DNA of 64,000 bases from Myxococcota bacterium (GTDB taxonomy: Bacteria > Myxococcota_A > Polyangia > Polyangiales > Sandaracinaceae). Positions within the stretch are counted from its first letter, which is position 1. Every line of letters starts with the position of its first letter. The notes under the pieces were generated by a model that was not told the DNA's origin, did no database searches, and saw only the letters and a list, made by a program, of their open reading frames with translations. Location: positions 17,456 through 81,455 of the forward strand of contig JAYZQJ010000097.1 in NCBI GenBank assembly GCA_036149055.1. Reading direction: 5' to 3'. A program made the translations under genes and the position numbers. Shown one piece after another: positions 60,001-64,000 of this stretch.

Positions 60001-60087
60001 CGCGTGTACTTCCCCCGCGACGACACCTGGCTCGACATGACACCGGACGAGCTGACGCGAAAGAAGAAGGGCCGCGCCCGTGCCTGA
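57073..60087 (+). CDS. MmeI-like (type IIL/IIG) DNA adenine methyltransferase with specificity region
   Basis: PYFNGGLF, IFGSVFQ, GAHYT, VLDPACGSGNFL, YGIDINPFA, IVGNPPF, FGILQSRLH and ETFPWP; start GTG 57073 or ATG 57085. Confidence 0.9.
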   Translation: MRAKMALRRFTLEAAGGFRGKDAGEQFARGLIGCFGALEDGAPEGLTFGHQLEVVDQGKRGTRTLSAWWAPRRVVVDVTDRDAVLDAAWSELLRACLQMDSEPQYVVLTNQRDVRLYDLARDRGAPRLSVALDELPKYSEAFPFFEPDWVPGTTPKIINVDKVSKEVADLVAKVYRALAASNPGRTEDVTRFTLQCIVAMFSEDIGLLPKEYFTTLLYRAAEEGDAAERLAELFRDMATEGSDSGVPYFNGGLFTDPVSIEIGEAPLRALTKASEANWTFVDPHIFGSVFQGIMDDDERHASGAHYTAREDIMSVVGPTIVEPWRERIGAASTLSDLQELLRELSQFRVLDPACGSGNFLYVAFRELYKLETEILCRAYEFASVKKGGKVSWASGIRTTNFYGIDINPFAVELAKTTLNIAKKIAHEERKATVIELFEQNLLDTDPSLPLDNLDENILCADALFTEWPEVDAIVGNPPFLGGKKVRRELGTAYGKRLRDRYPEVHGGADFCVYWFRRAHTRLPDVGRAGLIGTSGIRVGNSHKASLAFITATDGTICHAISEREWPGDAVVHVSIVNWTKGPHRGPHRLIVGDRVVSLQAIPSHLQLHTDTGSAVKLSANSGGCSTGVDFGTKSFYLSTDDIGRLADDSPNLTSFVKVVATGDSLLAGRIADLALDFSTSSTEAEARALGPKSVWKLLRERVYPVVQAKGSGDNGWKKRWWQPRRPYRKFFDEADRLDRYIACGRPQARPIFMFISAAFLPSSTLQLFALHDDYSFGILQSRLHWAWTRAKGTRLKADVRHTAQVWETFPWPQQPGEDEVEAVGQAAQRLRAVRHQLMEENGWSLRDLHRSAEVEGPHPLKEAQAALDAAVEAAYGKPADQEATEFLLELNQILAEDEAAGETIQGPGLPAGLDPKDPRWFSTDCIEPPPLPDAGEQVWQGFALGEQVAAEFEGEEWVGEVVDPADYEEPLERGCIRVYFPRDDTWLDMTPDELTRKKKGRARA

Positions 60088-63000
60088 GACCGTGGCCGAC
60101 GTACCCGCCCTCGCCGCGCTCTGGGACGCCGAGAAGAACGGCGAGCCAGCCGAGCGCGCGCTGTCCCGCAGCCACCGCTCCGCGTGGTGGAGGTGCGAGA
60201 AGGGCCACTCCTTCCAGCGCAGCCCGCGCGCGCTGTCGCGCAAGACCGAGTGCCCGACCTGCGCGGTCAGCGGCTCGAGCTTCGCCGATGAGCACCCCGC
60301 GCTCGCCAAGCGCTGGCACCCGAGCAAGAACGGCGTGAAGCCGAACGCGGTCTCTGCGGCGCACACCGGAGCCGTGTGGTGGGTGTGCGAGGAGGGGCAC
60401 ACCTTCGAGCGCTCGCCGCTCCAGATGGCGGCCGACCAGAGCTGCCCGCACTGCGCCCTGCACCGCGACTCGCTCGCGGCGCGCTTCCCCGAGATCGCGG
60501 CCGAGTGGCACCCGCACGACAACGGCGCGCTCACCCCCGACCAGATCGAGCCGGACCACAAGATGACCGCGCGCTGGCTGTGCGCGAAGGGACACGCCTT
60601 CTCGGCCACGGTGCGCTCGCGGACCCGCAGCCACGGCCGCTGCCCGCTCTGCTACGGCGCGTGGACGATGGACTCGATCCGGAGCTTCGTGAAGTCGCTC
60701 CTCGGCCACGTCGACGTGCTGAACGAGAGCGAGCTCTTCGCGCTGGCGATGCAGGCGGGCGCGCTGCGGGGCGCCGCCTCGCGCGCCTTCGTGATGGCGC
60801 TCTGCACCGGCCGCTTCCCCGAGTCGGAGCTGGAGAAGTTCGCCAACGACCAGCCTTCGCTCGTCGACGACTTCGCCGAGACGCCCGAGCTGACCCTGGA
60901 GCTGGTCGAGGTCAAGCAGCGCAAGGAGGCGGCCGACAAGCCCGACGACCCGTTCGCGCTGCCTGCGGCGCCGGATGCGGACTACGAGCCGGACGACGGC
61001 GAGATCGACGTCTCGGCGACGCTGACCGCCCAGCAGGAGGAGAGCGCGGACGACGAAGAGGCGTCGGAGGACGCGCTGCCGGTCGTGCAGACCCGGGACG
61101 CGCTCGCCGCGCTCGACAGCCCGCTGATCGCCAGCGCCGACGCCGAGACCGTGCGCTTCCTGCTCGACAGCGCCAAGGCCAAGCTCTGGCGCCACGCCTA
61201 CAAGGACCCCGAGCACGCCGAGGCCCAGGCCCGCGCCTTCGAGGGCGACGCCTACTCCTCGCTCGTGCGGAATCGGTTCCTCGAGGAGTTCGACGCGGCC
61301 AGGTCGATGGAGCTCCCGGCCGGCTACGCGTTCCGGCCCACGCCGGAGAGCGACATCGCCGAGCCGAACCTGATGCAGCGGCACGTCGCGGTCAGCGTGG
61401 CCAAGGAGCGCCGCTTCGGTAACTGGTCGGGCATGGGCGCGGGCAAGACGCTGAGCGCCATCGTGGCCACCCGGCTGGTCGAGGCGGATCTCAGCGTCAT
61501 CTGCTGCCCGAACGCGGTGGTGGGCAACTGGGAGAAGGAGGTGAAGAACGCCTTCCCCGACGCCCAGGTGCAGTGCAAGACCTGGACGCCGGAGTGGGAC
61601 GAGCTTCAGCGGGGCCCGCGCTACCTCGTGATGAACTTCGAGCAGTTCCAGCAGCCGGACTCGGAGGCGAGCCTCGTCGGCTTCCTGGATCGCTACGTCG
61701 TGGACTTCGTCGTCGTCGACGAGATCCACTTCGCCAAGCAGCGCAACCCGACCGAGATGTCCAAGCGGAAGCGGCTCGTTCAGGGCCTCATCCTGGAGGC
61801 GGGCAAGCGCAACGCCGATCTCTGCGTGCTCGGCATGTCCGGCACCCCCGTCATCAACGAGCTCCAGGAGGGCAAGAGCCTGGTCGAGATGATCACCGGC
61901 CACCGGCACGACGAGCTGGAGACCAAGGCCACGGTCCAGAACTGCATGCGCCTGTACCAGCGCCTCGTCACCCTCGGCACCCGCTGGCGCCCCGCCTACA
62001 AGACGCAGCTCGACGAGCAGAAGGTCGAGGTCGACTGCGTCGAGCACCTCGAGGCCATCCGCGCGGTCGCCCGCGGCACCGTGCTCGAAATGGAGCAGGT
62101 GCTGACCCAGGTCCGGCTGGAGGTCATCCGCGAGCACCTCGAGCCCGGCAAGAAGATCCTGATCTACACCCACTACGTCGACGGCATCGTCGAGCAGCTG
62201 CGCGAGGCGGTCATCGAGGCGGGGCTCCGGCCCGGCCTCTTCACGGGCAGCAGCGACGACACGGACCTCGACGAGTTCAAGAAGCCGGGCGGCACGGTCG
62301 ACGTGCTCATCGCGTCCAGTCGGGTCAGCACCGGCGTCGACGGCCTCCAGCGGGTCTGCAACCGGCTGATCCTCAACTCGCTGCCGTGGACCAACGCCGA
62401 GTACGAGCAGCTGCGCGCCCGCCTCTGGCGCCAGGGCAGCCGCTTCGACCGGGTCGAGGTCATCATCCCCGTCACCTACGCCTACGTGAACGGCGAGCGC
62501 TGGTCCTACTGCGAGTCGAAGCTCCACCGGCTGGAGTACAAGAAGAGCATCGCCGACGCCGCCGTGGACGGAGTGGTCCCGGAGGGCAACCTGCGCACGC
62601 CGGCCCAGGCCCAGCAGGACATCATGGGCTGGCTCGAGCGGCTGGAGACCGGCGTCGTCGAGACGATCGCGCGCCACCAGATCGAGGTGCCGCTCTCGCG
62701 CGAGCCGGGCGACGTGCAGCGCCGCACCCGCCAGTACGGCGACTTCTCGAAGCTGAACAACCGCTGGTACGCGTCGAACAGCCAGAAGACGCACGCGCGG
62801 CTGGAGGCCAACCCCGAGGAGTGGGCCCACTACCACACGATGTATCAGGAGCTCCGCAAGAGCTGGAGCGTCGTGCCCTTCCAGGAGGAGATCCGCTGGC
62901 TCGAGAAGCGCGAGGGCCTGACGGTCGCCGACCTCGGCTGCGGCGAAGCCAAGATCGCGGAGGCGGTGGGCGAGCGCCACCGCATCCACAGCTTCGACCA

Positions 63001-63358
63001 CGTGGCCATCGACGAGCGCGTCCTCGCCTGCGACATCGCGGCCGTCCCCCTCGACGACGCCAGCGTCGAGGTGGCGATCCTCTGCCTCGCGCTGATGGGC
63101 GCCAACTCCACCGACTACATCCGCGAGGCGCACCGCCTCCTGGAGATCGACGGCCAGCTCCACATCTGGGAGCCGGCCAGCTACTTCGACGACGTCTCCG
63201 CCTTCTGCGGCGCCCTCGCGCGCCTCGGCTTCGAGGTCGTACCCGCCAGCAAGCAAGGCGACTTCATGCGCATCTACGCCTACAAGAACGCGAGCGCTCC
63301 GGACCCGAACCTGACGCTCCCGTTCCGCGGCAGAGGCGACTCCCAGAGCGACCGATAG
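60080..63358 (+). CDS. Triple Zn-ribbon + SF2 (SNF2-like) helicase + Rrp8-like SAM methyltransferase fusion (1092 aa)
   Basis: Three WxCxxGH...CPxC units; GMGAGKT, VVVDEIH, MSGTP, TGVDGLQ, PWT and QLRARLWRQG; C-terminal VADLGCGEA, IHSFD, CDIAAVPL and CLALMG; 8-bp overlap with the MTase gene. Confidence 0.9.
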   Translation: MPETVADVPALAALWDAEKNGEPAERALSRSHRSAWWRCEKGHSFQRSPRALSRKTECPTCAVSGSSFADEHPALAKRWHPSKNGVKPNAVSAAHTGAVWWVCEEGHTFERSPLQMAADQSCPHCALHRDSLAARFPEIAAEWHPHDNGALTPDQIEPDHKMTARWLCAKGHAFSATVRSRTRSHGRCPLCYGAWTMDSIRSFVKSLLGHVDVLNESELFALAMQAGALRGAASRAFVMALCTGRFPESELEKFANDQPSLVDDFAETPELTLELVEVKQRKEAADKPDDPFALPAAPDADYEPDDGEIDVSATLTAQQEESADDEEASEDALPVVQTRDALAALDSPLIASADAETVRFLLDSAKAKLWRHAYKDPEHAEAQARAFEGDAYSSLVRNRFLEEFDAARSMELPAGYAFRPTPESDIAEPNLMQRHVAVSVAKERRFGNWSGMGAGKTLSAIVATRLVEADLSVICCPNAVVGNWEKEVKNAFPDAQVQCKTWTPEWDELQRGPRYLVMNFEQFQQPDSEASLVGFLDRYVVDFVVVDEIHFAKQRNPTEMSKRKRLVQGLILEAGKRNADLCVLGMSGTPVINELQEGKSLVEMITGHRHDELETKATVQNCMRLYQRLVTLGTRWRPAYKTQLDEQKVEVDCVEHLEAIRAVARGTVLEMEQVLTQVRLEVIREHLEPGKKILIYTHYVDGIVEQLREAVIEAGLRPGLFTGSSDDTDLDEFKKPGGTVDVLIASSRVSTGVDGLQRVCNRLILNSLPWTNAEYEQLRARLWRQGSRFDRVEVIIPVTYAYVNGERWSYCESKLHRLEYKKSIADAAVDGVVPEGNLRTPAQAQQDIMGWLERLETGVVETIARHQIEVPLSREPGDVQRRTRQYGDFSKLNNRWYASNSQKTHARLEANPEEWAHYHTMYQELRKSWSVVPFQEEIRWLEKREGLTVADLGCGEAKIAEAVGERHRIHSFDHVAIDERVLACDIAAVPLDDASVEVAILCLALMGANSTDYIREAHRLLEIDGQLHIWEPASYFDDVSAFCGALARLGFEVVPASKQGDFMRIYAYKNASAPDPNLTLPFRGRGDSQSDR

Positions 63359-63379
63359 CGCTGGTCGAAGCGTTGTAGC

Positions 63380-63405
63380 CCCTCCGCCTCGCGTGAGGCG
63401 GAGGG
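63380..63405. terminator. GC-rich hairpin between convergent genes
   Basis: Perfect 11-bp stem CCCTCCGCCTC-GCGT-GAGGCGGAGGG; no U-tract. Confidence 0.55.
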
Positions 63406-63415
63406 CCGGAGAGGC

Positions 63416-64000
63416 TCACGCCTCGTCGGTCACCGGCTCGTCGACGACCGGGATCGGGGGGACGGGGTCCTCGGGGCTCGGCGCGTCCGGGTCGTCCTCG
63501 ACCACCGGCTCCTCGGGCTCGTCCTCGCGGCCGCCGTTGGCGAAGCTGCGGCGGTGGCGGTCGAGGGGCGCCATCGCGCGCTGGAAGGCGGCGAGGCTCT
63601 CCTCGTCGTCGGGGTCGACCCAGCCGACCATCGCGCGGCCGTAGGCGGCGATCGCCTCGGCGAGGACGGTGATCTGGGCGGCGACCGCGCGACCGTCGGG
63701 CACGTCGACGGCGGTCTCGCCGACCCCGAGCGCCTCGCCGAAGGCCGCGTGCTGCGCGCGCACGAAGGGGAGGAAGTCGGGGCCGATGAGGGCCTCGATC
63801 TCGGGCTCGAGGCCGAGCTCCTCGACGCGGCGGAGGATGTGGTCGCTCGTGGTGTAGAGCTCGCTGTACTCCGCGGTCACGAACTTGGTGCCCTGCGGGA
63901 GCATGCGGAGGCGAAGCGTGGTGACGCGCTCCTGCTTCTCACCGGTGGTGACGCGCGCGAGGCCGTCGAGGATCATGCGACCCCCGACGTACGCCCCGCC
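63416..64000 (-). CDS. Helical hypothetical protein with acidic Pro-rich tail, probably 5'-truncated by the window edge
   Basis: Frame stays open past ATG 63976 to base 64000. Confidence 0.7.
   Translation of the reverse strand, partial: GGAYVGGRMILDGLARVTTGEKQERVTTLRLRMLPQGTKFVTAEYSELYTTSDHILRRVEELGLEPEIEALIGPDFLPFVRAQHAAFGEALGVGETAVDVPDGRAVAAQITVLAEAIAAYGRAMVGWVDPDDEESLAAFQRAMAPLDRHRRSFANGGREDEPEEPVVEDDPDAPSPEDPVPPIPVVDEPVTDEA

Noticed and set aside
59651..63256. 1201-aa minus-strand ORF, and the upstream part of 55843..58746
   Set aside because: Antisense shadows of the helicase and MTase genes with no motifs.
57073..63358. Assignment to BREX, DISARM, type I/III RM or a prophage/ICE
   Set aside because: No PglZ, BrxC, DUF1998, PLD, HsdS/HsdR or Res nuclease, and no integrase, att-like repeat or tRNA is visible nearby.

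Overview
Very GC-rich bacterial chromosomal window with clear Myxococcota hallmarks: four Hanks-type Ser/Thr kinases, two MYXO-CTERM-type sorted proteins and Cys-rich repeat lipoproteins. Polyangia/Sandaracinaceae-like origin is an inference. About 50 genes are supported, including a pbpC + alpha-2-macroglobulin pair, a cyclophilin, PhoX, an RsmB/RsmF m5C methyltransferase, a Ca/Na antiporter, two-component genes, a porin, WYL/ArsR/TetR regulators and many secreted hypothetical proteins. No rRNA, tRNA, transposase, integrase or CRISPR-Cas was seen. The best candidate for an undescribed system is the coupled gene pair at 57073-63358. Gene 1 is an MmeI-like (type IIL) DNA adenine methyltransferase. 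Its nuclease motif looks dead, its specificity region has foreign codon usage, and it ends in a Tudor/PWWP-like barrel. Gene 2 is a triple Zn-ribbon + SNF2-like helicase fused to a Rrp8/nucleomethylin-like SAM methyltransferase. Other notable items are a frameshifted tandem-HU + LRR fusion, a thioester-less A2M next to pbpC, a 36-bp direct/inverted repeat cassette with hexamer arrays, a divergent AAG-like glycosylase, a kinase-receiver fusion split by an apparent 7-bp loss, and a recurring (T/C)ANNNT-N6-start leaderless signature. All family calls come from motifs recognised by eye; no searches were run.
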